Positions 8,841-18,100 of a DNA stretch of 64,000 nucleotides are shown here, in pieces (position 1 is the stretch's first letter; every line of letters begins with the position of its first letter). Position numbers and translations under genes: made by a program. The notes beneath the pieces were generated by a model that worked only from the letters and a program-made list of their open reading frames with translations, made no database searches and had not been told where the DNA came from. Origin of the DNA: Minisyncoccota bacterium (GTDB lineage Bacteria; Patescibacteriota; Minisyncoccia; Phycocordibacterales; JABMNX01); NCBI GenBank assembly GCA_965222715.1, contig OZ244961.1, forward strand, positions 365,458 to 429,457, given 5' to 3'.

Positions 8841-11800
8841 TTACTTATCCTCTTCGTCGTCTCCGTCTGTTGTATCAAGCTCTTCTTGGAGTTCATGAAC
8901 CATGTGAGCTTTAGGGCTCTCAGAAAAACCGGTACCTGCTGGAATAAGGCGACCAATAATAACGTTTTCTTTAAGTCCATTCAGTGCGTCTGAGCTACCA
9001 CGTACGGCTGCATTAATGAGTACTCGAGTAGTGTTTTGGAATGATGCAGCTGAAAGGAAACTTTTTCGTGAAAGTGACACTTCTGTAATACCAAGAACGA
9101 GTGGCTCAGTGGTTGGTGCTGTTTTACCTTCATCTTTAATCCGTTGTAACTCTCGGTTAAGTTCTGCCTCTTCAATAACATCTCCAGCAGCAAATACAGA
9201 ATCTTCTTGTACTTTTACCTTTCGACGTGAAAACATCTGCTTCACAATAACCTCAATGTGTTTGCGTGAGATAGTCACACCCTGAAGCTCGTAAATCTTT
9301 GTTGCTTCGTTAATGATGTACTCTTGTGCGACCTCTTTACCAGCAAACTTGAAGAGATCATTAATATCAACTGAACCGTCAGTCATAACCTCACCCTTAG
9401 TAACCGTGTCTCCTTCTTTTACATGCACTGTTCTGAGGAAGTGAGCTTGGTACTCAATATCTTTTTTCTTCGCATTTTTGCTGCTTCCCTCTGGAATGAG
9501 AATAATCACTGTTCCTTTTTCCTCTTTTCGAATTTCACCTACGGTTCCTGAGATGCGTGCAACCACGGCTGGGTGTTTTGGTGAACGTCGTTCAAATACC
9601 TCGTTCACACGTGGAAGACCGTGCGTAATGTCTCCTCCAGCTGACGCAGCACCTCCTGAGTGGAATGTACGCATAGTAAGCTGGGTACCAGGTTCACCAA
9701 TAGCTTGCGCAGCCATTGTTCCCACTGCTTCACCAAGCTCAACTGGTGCATCAGTTGACATATCAATACCATAACAGGTTTGGCAGATACCGTTTCCTGA
9801 ATTACAGGTCATTGGAGATCGAACAAACACCTCTTCTACCCCTGCTTCTTCAAGTTCATGTGCTTCTTTTTTACGGATAAGATCGCCTTTCTTATAAAGG
9901 ACGTTTCCTTTCGCATCTTTCACGTCTTCTGCAAGGTAGCGGCCTTGAATATCACGAGCGATAGATACTTCAATACCAGATGCACTCTCTTTGGTGATAC
10001 GTACACCTTCTTTACTCTTACAATCTGCTTCAACAATAATAGCGTCTTGCGCGACATCAAAGAGTCGACGAGTTAGGTACCCGGCACTTGCGGTTTGAAG
10101 CGCGGTATCTGTAAGACCTTTTCGAGAACCGTGAGTAGTGGTGAAGTACTCAATTGGAGAAAGCCCTTCTTTCATTGAAGCAATAATAGGGAACTCGATA
10201 ACCTCACCACGTGGGTTTTGAATAAGACCTTTCATACCTGCCATTTGAGAGAGCTGGCTGGTTGAACCACGAGCACCAGAGACAAGCATATCGCTCACTG
10301 AGCCATTTGGATCAAGTGAATCAGCAAGGAGTTTTTCTACTTCATTTTTTGCATTATGCCAGATCTCAACTGAGAGACGGTGTCGTTCTGTTTTTGAGAG
10401 TAGCCCCTCATTATATTGATTGATCACCTCTTCACTCTTCTTCTTAGCTGCTTCAATAATCTCATCTTTTTTCTCAGGAATAATGAGGTCAGAGAGACTC
10501 CAGGTAATACCAGAGTGTGTTGCGTAGTTAAATCCAAACTCTTTAATCTTATTAAGTATTTCAGGAATTTGATCAAGTCCGTATCGCGCAATCAAATCAT
10601 CAACAAGTGCTGACATTTTCTTGTTTGTCATCACATCATTAATGAATGGGTAGTCACTTGGAAGTACACTGTTAAAGAGTAGTCGTCCTACAGACGTTTC
10701 AAACACCTCTCCGTTAAATACCTCGTACTTTTTACTATCAGTTGGAAGTACTTTAATTCGTGCACGGAAATTAACGGCCCCGAAGTCATATGCGGTAATT
10801 GCATTATTTGGTGTTGGGAAGAATTTATCCTCACCTTTCTCACCTTCAACAATTTTAGTCATCCAGTAACATCCAAGGATAATATCTTGTCGAGCACTGG
10901 TTACCACCTCTCCAGAACCTGGCTTAAGGATATTTTTGTTTGCAGACATGATTTCCTTTGCCTCAAGTTGCGCCTCTTCAGAGAGTGGTACGTGTACTGC
11001 CATCTGGTCACCGTCGAAGTCAGCGTTAAAGGCTGAACAGACGAGTGGATGAATTTGGATCGCGTTTCCTTCAATAAGAATTGGACGGAATGCTTGAATA
11101 CCCTGGCGGTGAAGTGTCGGTGCGCGGTTAAGGAGTACGTACTTACCTTCAATTACTTCTTCAAGAATTGCCCATACTTCTGGAATACCGTCATCAATGA
11201 GTCGTCCAGCCCCACGAATGTTATATGCGAGTTCTTTTTCAAGTAATTTTGAAATAACAAATGGACGGAAGAGTTCGAGTGCCATATGTTTTGGCAGACC
11301 ACACTCATCAAGTTTAAGGTGAGGACCAACAACAATTACTGAACGTCCTGAGTAGTCCACTCGTTTACCAAGAAGATTGCCGCGGAAGTACCCCTGCTTA
11401 CCCTTAAGGTAGTCTGAGAGAGACTTGAGTGGTCGGCGTTGGTACTGGCTCATTGCTGAGAATGCAGTGTTTCCGTGACGAATTGAGTTATCAATAAGTG
11501 CATCAACTGCTTCTTGAAGAATTCGTTTCTCATTTCGAAGAATTACTTCTGGTGCGTGAATATCCTTAAGTTTCTTAAGTCGGTTGTTTCGGTTAATCAC
11601 ACGACGGTAAAGGTCGTTGATGTCGGAAGATGCATGCCGCCCACCCTCAAGCGCAACCATTGGCCGAAGCATTGGTGGGATAACCGGAATGCGCACCATA
11701 AACATCCATTCAGGTCGAACGTTTGCATTAATCATTGAGTGGATAAGTGAGAGGCGTTTATTGAGCTTTGTTCGCTCAACAGCACCAGCTTTCTCTCGTC

Positions 11801-12518
11801 TCTCTTCAAGTTCTTTTGCAAGCTTTTTAAGATCAAGATTTTTAAAAATGTTGTACACCGCTTCAGCACCAATTTCCGCTTCAAATACACCACCAAAACG
11901 AACTGAAAATGCGTGGTACGTCGCTTCATCAAGTACTGTACCCTCTTGAATACTCTCAATATCTTTCTTGGTTTGAGTAAAGAGTTCTTTTAGTTTTGTT
12001 TTTGTTTTTGAGTCAGTTGCTCCTTTTACTTTAGTCTTGTACTCGGTATCAAGGTCTTTAAGTAATCGAGCTTTCTCATCCTGAAGTACTTTCGTCACAA
12101 TGTAGCCAGCGAAGTACACCACCTTTTCAACATCACTTGCTGAAAGCCCAAGAATGAGTGCAATACGAGAAGGAATACCGCGAAGGAACCAGATATGTGA
12201 GACTGGTGTGGCAAGTTCGATGTGCCCCATTCGTTCACGTCGTACAATTGAGCGGGTTACTTCGACACCACACTTCTCACAAACAATTCCCTTAAAACGG
12301 ATGCCTCGATACTTACCACAGTAACACTCAAAGTCTTTCTCTGGACCAAAAATCTTCTCATCAAAGAGACCGTTCTTTTCAGCCCGCTGTGTTCGGTAGT
12401 TAATTGTTTCTGGTTTGGTTACCTCACCGTATGACCACGCTTCAATACGCTCAGGAGATGCGAGCTTGAGTGTGATTGCGTCAAAATCCTGCAATGTATG
12501 TGAATCTCTCTTTATCAT
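8841..12518 (-). CDS. rpoC: RNA polymerase beta' subunit
   Basis: NADFDGDQM, CxC..CxxC zinc motif, GEPGTQLTMRTFH. Confidence 0.98.
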   Translation of the reverse strand: MIKRDSHTLQDFDAITLKLASPERIEAWSYGEVTKPETINYRTQRAEKNGLFDEKIFGPEKDFECYCGKYRGIRFKGIVCEKCGVEVTRSIVRRERMGHIELATPVSHIWFLRGIPSRIALILGLSASDVEKVVYFAGYIVTKVLQDEKARLLKDLDTEYKTKVKGATDSKTKTKLKELFTQTKKDIESIQEGTVLDEATYHAFSVRFGGVFEAEIGAEAVYNIFKNLDLKKLAKELEERREKAGAVERTKLNKRLSLIHSMINANVRPEWMFMVRIPVIPPMLRPMVALEGGRHASSDINDLYRRVINRNNRLKKLKDIHAPEVILRNEKRILQEAVDALIDNSIRHGNTAFSAMSQYQRRPLKSLSDYLKGKQGYFRGNLLGKRVDYSGRSVIVVGPHLKLDECGLPKHMALELFRPFVISKLLEKELAYNIRGAGRLIDDGIPEVWAILEEVIEGKYVLLNRAPTLHRQGIQAFRPILIEGNAIQIHPLVCSAFNADFDGDQMAVHVPLSEEAQLEAKEIMSANKNILKPGSGEVVTSARQDIILGCYWMTKIVEGEKGEDKFFPTPNNAITAYDFGAVNFRARIKVLPTDSKKYEVFNGEVFETSVGRLLFNSVLPSDYPFINDVMTNKKMSALVDDLIARYGLDQIPEILNKIKEFGFNYATHSGITWSLSDLIIPEKKDEIIEAAKKKSEEVINQYNEGLLSKTERHRLSVEIWHNAKNEVEKLLADSLDPNGSVSDMLVSGARGSTSQLSQMAGMKGLIQNPRGEVIEFPIIASMKEGLSPIEYFTTTHGSRKGLTDTALQTASAGYLTRRLFDVAQDAIIVEADCKSKEGVRITKESASGIEVSIARDIQGRYLAEDVKDAKGNVLYKKGDLIRKKEAHELEEAGVEEVFVRSPMTCNSGNGICQTCYGIDMSTDAPVELGEAVGTMAAQAIGEPGTQLTMRTFHSGGAASAGGDITHGLPRVNEVFERRSPKHPAVVARISGTVGEIRKEEKGTVIILIPEGSSKNAKKKDIEYQAHFLRTVHVKEGDTVTKGEVMTDGSVDINDLFKFAGKEVAQEYIINEATKIYELQGVTISRKHIEVIVKQMFSRRKVKVQEDSVFAAGDVIEEAELNRELQRIKDEGKTAPTTEPLVLGITEVSLSRKSFLSAASFQNTTRVLINAAVRGSSDALNGLKENVIIGRLIPAGTGFSESPKAHMVHELQEELDTTDGDDEEDK

Positions 12519-12519
12519 A

Positions 12520-15500
12520 TTACTCATTCTCTTCGTTAGTTCGTATAAGCTCGACATCAAGTGAAAGACCACGGAGGTGTTTCAAAATTACGTTAAATGA
12601 TGCTGGGGTGTGTGGGTGACTAATGCGCTCCCCTTTCACAATTGCATCAAAAGCGGCTGAACGCCCTTGAATATCGTCTGACTTAATCGTCAACATTTCA
12701 CGAAGGGTGTACGCCGCACCGTAACCAAGAAGTCCCCAGACTTCCATTTCTCCAAACCGCTGACCACCACCTTGTGCCTTACCTCCAAGCGGCTGTTGGG
12801 TAATGAGTGAGTATGGACCAATTGAACGCATGTGGATCTTGTCTTCAACCATGTGGTGGAGTTTTAGAATGTACATGTATCCAACTGCAATATCCTGGTC
12901 AAATTTTTCACCAGTACGTCCATCGCGAAGTGGAATTTTACCTGTCTTACTAAAGCCAGCTTTTTCAAGCTCCTCTTCAATTTCTTCACCGGTCGCACCA
13001 CTAAATGGTGGGACAATTGCCTGATAGTTAAGTGTGTGTGCAGCAAGCCCAAGGTGTAGTTCAAGAATTTGCCCAAGGTTCATACGGCTCGGTACACCAA
13101 GTGGTGTAAGGATAATATCTACTGGTTCCCCATCCTCTGAATACGGCATATCTTCTTCAGGAAGAATACGTGAAATAACACCCTTGTTTCCATGGCGACC
13201 CGCCATCTTATCACCAACTGAAATGCTGCGAAGCTGCGCTACTTCAACATGAATCTTTTTAATAATTCCTGAATCAAGGTCATCACCATTCTCGCGTGAG
13301 AAAATCTTTACTCCGGTCACACGGCCACGCTTACCTCCCTCAAGGCGAAGTGATGTGTCTTTTACATCTTTTGCTTTCTCACCAAAGATTGAGCGAAGTA
13401 ATCGCTCTTCTGGAGTGAGTTGTGTCTCTCCTTTTGGTGTCACCTTTCCTACTAAAATATCTCCTGGTCGCACTTCAGCACCGATACGGATCACTCCGTC
13501 TTCATCAAGATTACGAAGTTTTGTCTCACCCACATTTGGGATGTCATGTGTAGTTACCTCAGGGCCAAGCTTTGTATCACGAACACTTACACTAAATTCA
13601 TCAACGTGGATACTGGTAAAGCGACTATTCTTAACTAGACGCTCTGAAATAATAATTGCGTCTTCATAGTTAGATCCTGACCATGACATAAACGCAACGC
13701 GAATGTTTTGACCAAGTGCCGCTTGCCCTTGATCGGTTGAGAAGCTGTCAGCAAGTAGTTGACCCTTTTTCACCTTTTCTCCAACAGAAACTACTGGGCG
13801 ATGGTGCATAGCACCAAAACCATTTGTGCGAAGGAAGTTTACCATTGGGTACTCTTTCTTTTCACCTTTATGTGAAGTAACGACAATTTTTCGTGCATCA
13901 ACATACGTCACCTCTCCTGGGTCACGTGAATAAATAAGACGGCCTGAATCTCGTGCAACCTGCTCTTCAATACCTGTTGCAACAATAGGTGCTTCAGGCA
14001 TTAAACATGGCGTTGCCTGCTTCTGCATGTTTGAACCCATGAGCGCTCGACTTGCGTCATCGTGCTCAAGGAATGGGATCATTGACGGTGCAATTGAAAA
14101 CGCCTGGTTTGTCGCAACATCCATATATTCAATGTCTTCTCGTAGAACTAGTTGTGGTTCACCTGCAACACGCACTTCAACCATCTCATTTACAATAAGA
14201 CCACTTTCGTCGTACGGTGTAGCAGCATGAGCGATCTTTAACTTTTCTTCTTCAAGCGCGTTAAGGTACTCAATTTCATCAGTCACCCGTCCATCTTTAA
14301 CCTTTACATACGGTGTTTCAATAATGCCAAACTCGTTGATGCGAGCATGTGTTGAAAGGCGGAGAATAAGTCCGATGTTTGGACCCTCTGGAGTGTGGAT
14401 TGGACACACACGACCGTAGTGAGAAGTGTGTACGTCACGTACTTCAAAGCCGGCACGTTCTCTTGTAAGTCCACCTGGACCAAGCGCTGAGAGTGTGCGC
14501 AGGTGTTCAATCTCAGAAAGAATATTTTGCTGGTCCATGAACTGCGAAAGCTGGTTGGTGGTAAAGAATTCCTTAATTGACGCTTGAAGTGGTCGTGGAT
14601 TAATAAATTGAATAGGAAATGTTGTCTCTGCATCCACAGTCGACATGCGGTCTTGAATGTTTCGCTTCATGCGACTCATACCAACACGAACTTTTTGTTG
14701 AAGAAGCTCTCCAATATATCTCACCCGACGGAAACCAAGGTGGTCAATATCATCAGGAAGTGCACCCTTGGTGTTATTAAGTTCAATAATGTGAGAGACG
14801 ATGCGTACAATGTCATCAAGTGATACTGTCTGACGCGCAAGCTCTCGATCATCAATACTCATACCAAAACGCTGGTTGAAGTGTCGACGACCAACTCGTG
14901 AAAGGTCGTAGCGCTCTTCACTGAATATAGACTTAATATATTCACGCGCATTATCAGCAGTTGCGAGATCACCATCACGAAGTCGCTTGTGAATTTCAAT
15001 ATACGCCTCATCTTCGGTAGATGCTGTATCTTTATCAAACGTTGCCTCAAGTACCGCTTTAGCGTGTGGGTTATGCTTGAAGAGATCAAACATGTCTTTA
15101 TCAAACTTTGCACCCATAACTCGCAAGAGTGTAGTGACTGGGAATTTTCGCTTACGATCAATCTTCACATAGATAGCGCCATCAGCCTCTGACTCAATTT
15201 CAACCCAGGCACCGCGAGCAGGAATGATCTTTGCGCCAAAATACTGCTTACCACGCATTTCTTTAGTACTAAAAAAGACCCCAAATGAACGAGCAAGTTG
15301 GGGCACAATAATACGCTCAACACCATTAATGATAAACGTACCGTGGTCAGTCATCAGTGGGAAGTCTGCAAGAAAGATTTCCTGCTCTTTTTCACCACCT
15401 ATTGTTTTATTCTTAAGAGAAACAATTGCACGAAGAGGTGCTTCGTAGGTGAGCATATTTTTCTTTGCAAAGTATTCATCATACTTTGGCTCACCGAATT

Positions 15501-15693
15501 CAATCTTTGAAAATGTAAGATCAAATTTTTTCTCTGAGTAGTCTTTAATCGGAGAAAACTCAGTAAAGATTTCTTTTACTCCTTCTTCAATGAGTTGTCG
15601 AAATGATTCGAGTTGCGCTTCAACAAAATGAGGGTACTCAATTTTTGAATCTTTGTATCGGCTAAATTTCTTTTGCTCTTTGACTTCTAACAT
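12520..15693 (-). CDS. rpoB: RNA polymerase beta subunit
   Basis: GDKMAGRHGNKG, GGQRFGEME, TPEGPNIG. Confidence 0.98.
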   Translation of the reverse strand: MLEVKEQKKFSRYKDSKIEYPHFVEAQLESFRQLIEEGVKEIFTEFSPIKDYSEKKFDLTFSKIEFGEPKYDEYFAKKNMLTYEAPLRAIVSLKNKTIGGEKEQEIFLADFPLMTDHGTFIINGVERIIVPQLARSFGVFFSTKEMRGKQYFGAKIIPARGAWVEIESEADGAIYVKIDRKRKFPVTTLLRVMGAKFDKDMFDLFKHNPHAKAVLEATFDKDTASTEDEAYIEIHKRLRDGDLATADNAREYIKSIFSEERYDLSRVGRRHFNQRFGMSIDDRELARQTVSLDDIVRIVSHIIELNNTKGALPDDIDHLGFRRVRYIGELLQQKVRVGMSRMKRNIQDRMSTVDAETTFPIQFINPRPLQASIKEFFTTNQLSQFMDQQNILSEIEHLRTLSALGPGGLTRERAGFEVRDVHTSHYGRVCPIHTPEGPNIGLILRLSTHARINEFGIIETPYVKVKDGRVTDEIEYLNALEEEKLKIAHAATPYDESGLIVNEMVEVRVAGEPQLVLREDIEYMDVATNQAFSIAPSMIPFLEHDDASRALMGSNMQKQATPCLMPEAPIVATGIEEQVARDSGRLIYSRDPGEVTYVDARKIVVTSHKGEKKEYPMVNFLRTNGFGAMHHRPVVSVGEKVKKGQLLADSFSTDQGQAALGQNIRVAFMSWSGSNYEDAIIISERLVKNSRFTSIHVDEFSVSVRDTKLGPEVTTHDIPNVGETKLRNLDEDGVIRIGAEVRPGDILVGKVTPKGETQLTPEERLLRSIFGEKAKDVKDTSLRLEGGKRGRVTGVKIFSRENGDDLDSGIIKKIHVEVAQLRSISVGDKMAGRHGNKGVISRILPEEDMPYSEDGEPVDIILTPLGVPSRMNLGQILELHLGLAAHTLNYQAIVPPFSGATGEEIEEELEKAGFSKTGKIPLRDGRTGEKFDQDIAVGYMYILKLHHMVEDKIHMRSIGPYSLITQQPLGGKAQGGGQRFGEMEVWGLLGYGAAYTLREMLTIKSDDIQGRSAAFDAIVKGERISHPHTPASFNVILKHLRGLSLDVELIRTNEENE

Positions 15694-15719
15694 AGGAATG
15701 ATGAGGTAAAAATAGAAAG

Positions 15720-15836
15720 ACACAGCACAAAGATATGCTTCACGATTGTGAAGTATATCTTTGTGATGTAGTTGTTATTAAATTAACCTAAGAATTAATT
15801 GATTGAATTAATCAAAGGTGCTGTGTGCGTATGTTA
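15720..15836 (-). promoter_or_regulatory. Structured rpoB 5' leader
   Basis: 18-bp hairpin (one mismatch) at 15726-15765; outer 9-bp inverted repeat 15720-15728/15818-15826; TAACAT -10 at 15831-15836. Confidence 0.5.
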
Positions 15837-15977
15837 TATATGCCCTATAGCACACCACGAAACGTATGAAAAAATACTACCGATACTCAATCTACTCAGT
15901 ACAAGACGTGTAGCAGCTAGTCTACATGAGGGCTTTGATTGAGTCAAGTTTTCTTCTATGGGTGTGTGGATAAATTG

Positions 15978-16006
15978 AAACCCCGGACGCAATCGCGCGT
16001 CCGGGG
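15978..16006 (-). terminator. Rho-independent terminator of ORF 16022-16261
   Basis: CCCCGGACGC stem followed by TTTC on the minus strand. Confidence 0.65.
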
Positions 16007-16021
16007 CCTCCCTGTTTTTCT

Positions 16022-16261
16022 TCACCCAGAGCTGCAGGGTCTTGGGCACCATGACTGTGCCACCGTAACCGAATGCGGCCTTTGGCGATCTTTCCGCCAG
16101 TTGCGCTCTTGCATGTCGCAGTTTCTCAGGCACCGAGCTGAGTCTGCAGGACAGACAAGACATCCGAATTGCAGCGCATCCGAAGCACTGCTTGCTGAGT
16201 TGCCTTCCTCCGTGCTTTCGGACTCAGTTGTTTCAGCGTGGGTGATAGTGGGCTGAAGCAT
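16022..16261 (-). CDS. Small Cys-rich hypothetical protein (79 aa)
   Basis: Own promoter TTGACG-17-TACTAT (16330-16358), GGGGGA SD and terminator; acidic N-half, six Cys in C-half. Confidence 0.5.
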   Translation of the reverse strand: MLQPTITHAETTESESTEEGNSASSASDALQFGCLVCPADSARCLRNCDMQERNWRKDRQRPHSVTVAQSWCPRPCSSG

Positions 16262-16374
16262 TGTATTCCCCCATATTCAAAAGGTTTAGAACTGAACATT
16301 TCCTAATACGGAAATGCCTACCACATCAGATAGTACTCCCCTATATAGCTTACGTCAAGGAATTATCCACCTTC

Positions 16375-17022
16375 TTACTTCCCTTGAGACTTCTTCTCTT
16401 TCCATTCATCAATCTTTTTATGGTGCCCTGAAAGAAGTACGTCTGGCACTCGATACTTTTTCTTTTTCCAGGTAAGCACTTCGGGTCGAGTATACACTTC
16501 ATGTGCACTTACTCGCTCTTCTTCAAGGGAACTATACTTCCCAAGCACTCCAGGAATTTGTCGAGACACAGCATCAATAATAACCGCTGCTGGTAATTCT
16601 CCTCCAGTGAGCACGTATGGTCCGATTGACACACTCTGCGCTTCTAATATCTTCTCTACTCGGGCATCAATACCTTCATAATGTCCACATAAAAAGACAA
16701 TGTGTTTGTATTTCTTTGCATAGGTTCGAGCAGTGGTGTTTGTAAACTGAGTACCACCTGGAGAGAAGAAAACCACCAGTACGTTTTTCTTTTTTCCTAT
16801 TACTTTCTCAGCCGCAAGAAGCACTGACTCAGCCTCAAGAACCATACCCGGACCACCACCATACGGCTTTTGATCAACGCGCCTGTGTATATCTTTTGTA
16901 TAGTCCCGTGGGTTATAGAAAGATATTTTTATTTTTTTATCTTTTTGTGCACGTCCAAGAATTGAGGAGTTGAGATATCCTTCAATGCTTTCTGGGAATA
17001 ATGTAACGATATGAAAATGCAT
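16375..17022 (-). CDS. trmD: tRNA (guanine37-N1)-methyltransferase
   Basis: DQKPYGGGPGMV, CGHYEGID, SIGPYVLTGGE. Confidence 0.97.
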   Translation of the reverse strand: MHFHIVTLFPESIEGYLNSSILGRAQKDKKIKISFYNPRDYTKDIHRRVDQKPYGGGPGMVLEAESVLLAAEKVIGKKKNVLVVFFSPGGTQFTNTTARTYAKKYKHIVFLCGHYEGIDARVEKILEAQSVSIGPYVLTGGELPAAVIIDAVSRQIPGVLGKYSSLEEERVSAHEVYTRPEVLTWKKKKYRVPDVLLSGHHKKIDEWKEKKSQGK

Positions 17023-17024
17023 AA

Positions 17025-17062
17025 CAAAAACCGTGATGTCTCAACGATACCACGGTTTTTGT
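17025..17062 (-). terminator. Hairpin between khpA and trmD
   Basis: ACAAAAACCGTG...CACGGTTTTTGT inverted repeat. Confidence 0.55.
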
Positions 17063-17085
17063 ATTTTTCTATTCTTTAAAAACTA

Positions 17086-17406
17086 TTAGAGTTTAAGATC
17101 ATCCATCGCCTCATCAACCGTTTTTGTTGCGCCGGAACCATGTTCTCCTCGACGCATACCACCCTCTGGCTCATTAATCTTCAAGTTTACACGAGCATCG
17201 TGTTTCATTCCTACAACACGAAGGAGTGTTCGAATCGCTTTTGCAGTGTTTCCTGAACGCCCAATAATCTTTCCCATGTCATCTGGATGTACATCAAGAG
17301 TAAGGAGTACTCCCATCTCATCAACAACACGATCAATTTTTACACTGTCGGGATTATCAACAAGGGCTTTTACAACATACTCAAGAAATTCTCTGTCCTG
17401 TTCCAT
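17086..17406 (-). CDS. khpA: KH-domain RNA-binding protein KhpA/YlqC
   Basis: DMGKIIGRSGNTAKAIRTLL; position after rpsP. Confidence 0.9.
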   Translation of the reverse strand: MEQDREFLEYVVKALVDNPDSVKIDRVVDEMGVLLTLDVHPDDMGKIIGRSGNTAKAIRTLLRVVGMKHDARVNLKINEPEGGMRRGEHGSGATKTVDEAMDDLKL

Positions 17407-17515
17407 ATCACTACATTAAAAACTAAATTAGTAATGTGAGGCAAGCCTATGCCTGATTCACATGCTTAAACTATAGAAAAAAATATCTGAGTAAACAAGG
17501 GGGTGTGAAGGATAC

Positions 17516-18025
17516 TTACTCCTTCTTCTCTTCTACTTCTTCTTTTGGCTCTCCTTCTGTTGTTTCTTCTACTTTTTCTTCTGTCTTTTCTTCTTCCTTC
17601 TCTTCTGGCTTCTCTTCTGGTTTTTCCTCCACCTTTTCCTCTTCTTTTGCTTCTTCAGTAACCTCTTTAGTATCAGCTTCTTCTCCAGCTTCTTCTACTG
17701 GCGCTTCTGTGCTCTCTTCTTCAGTCTTTTCTTCGGCTTCTTCTTTAAGGATAGGAGATTTCTTAGGGAGTACATTTTTCTTCTCTCCCTTGATCACACC
17801 CTCTTTTACAAGGAGGTTGTGTACAGTATCAGATACCTGCGCCCCATTCCCAATCCAATGTAAAATCCGCTCACCATTAAGCGTTACTGAATCGAGCTTT
17901 GGATTATAGTTTCCAAGCATCTCAACGTGATCATTTGATTTTGGACCACGCTGTGACTCGGTCACCACAACCCGAAATGACGGGTCATTTTTTCTTCCAA
18001 CTCGGGCTAATCTGATTTTTAACAT
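17516..18025 (-). CDS. rpsP: 30S ribosomal protein S16 with long acidic C-terminal tail
   Basis: MLKIRLARVGRK, GNYNP, GAQVSDTV. Confidence 0.95.
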   Translation of the reverse strand: MLKIRLARVGRKNDPSFRVVVTESQRGPKSNDHVEMLGNYNPKLDSVTLNGERILHWIGNGAQVSDTVHNLLVKEGVIKGEKKNVLPKKSPILKEEAEEKTEEESTEAPVEEAGEEADTKEVTEEAKEEEKVEEKPEEKPEEKEEEKTEEKVEETTEGEPKEEVEEKKE

Positions 18026-18100
18026 GGACATAAATCTACCAGAAGTACCTATCGACGTCAAATATCTATGTTATACTCCAAAAACATATTAGATTGATAT

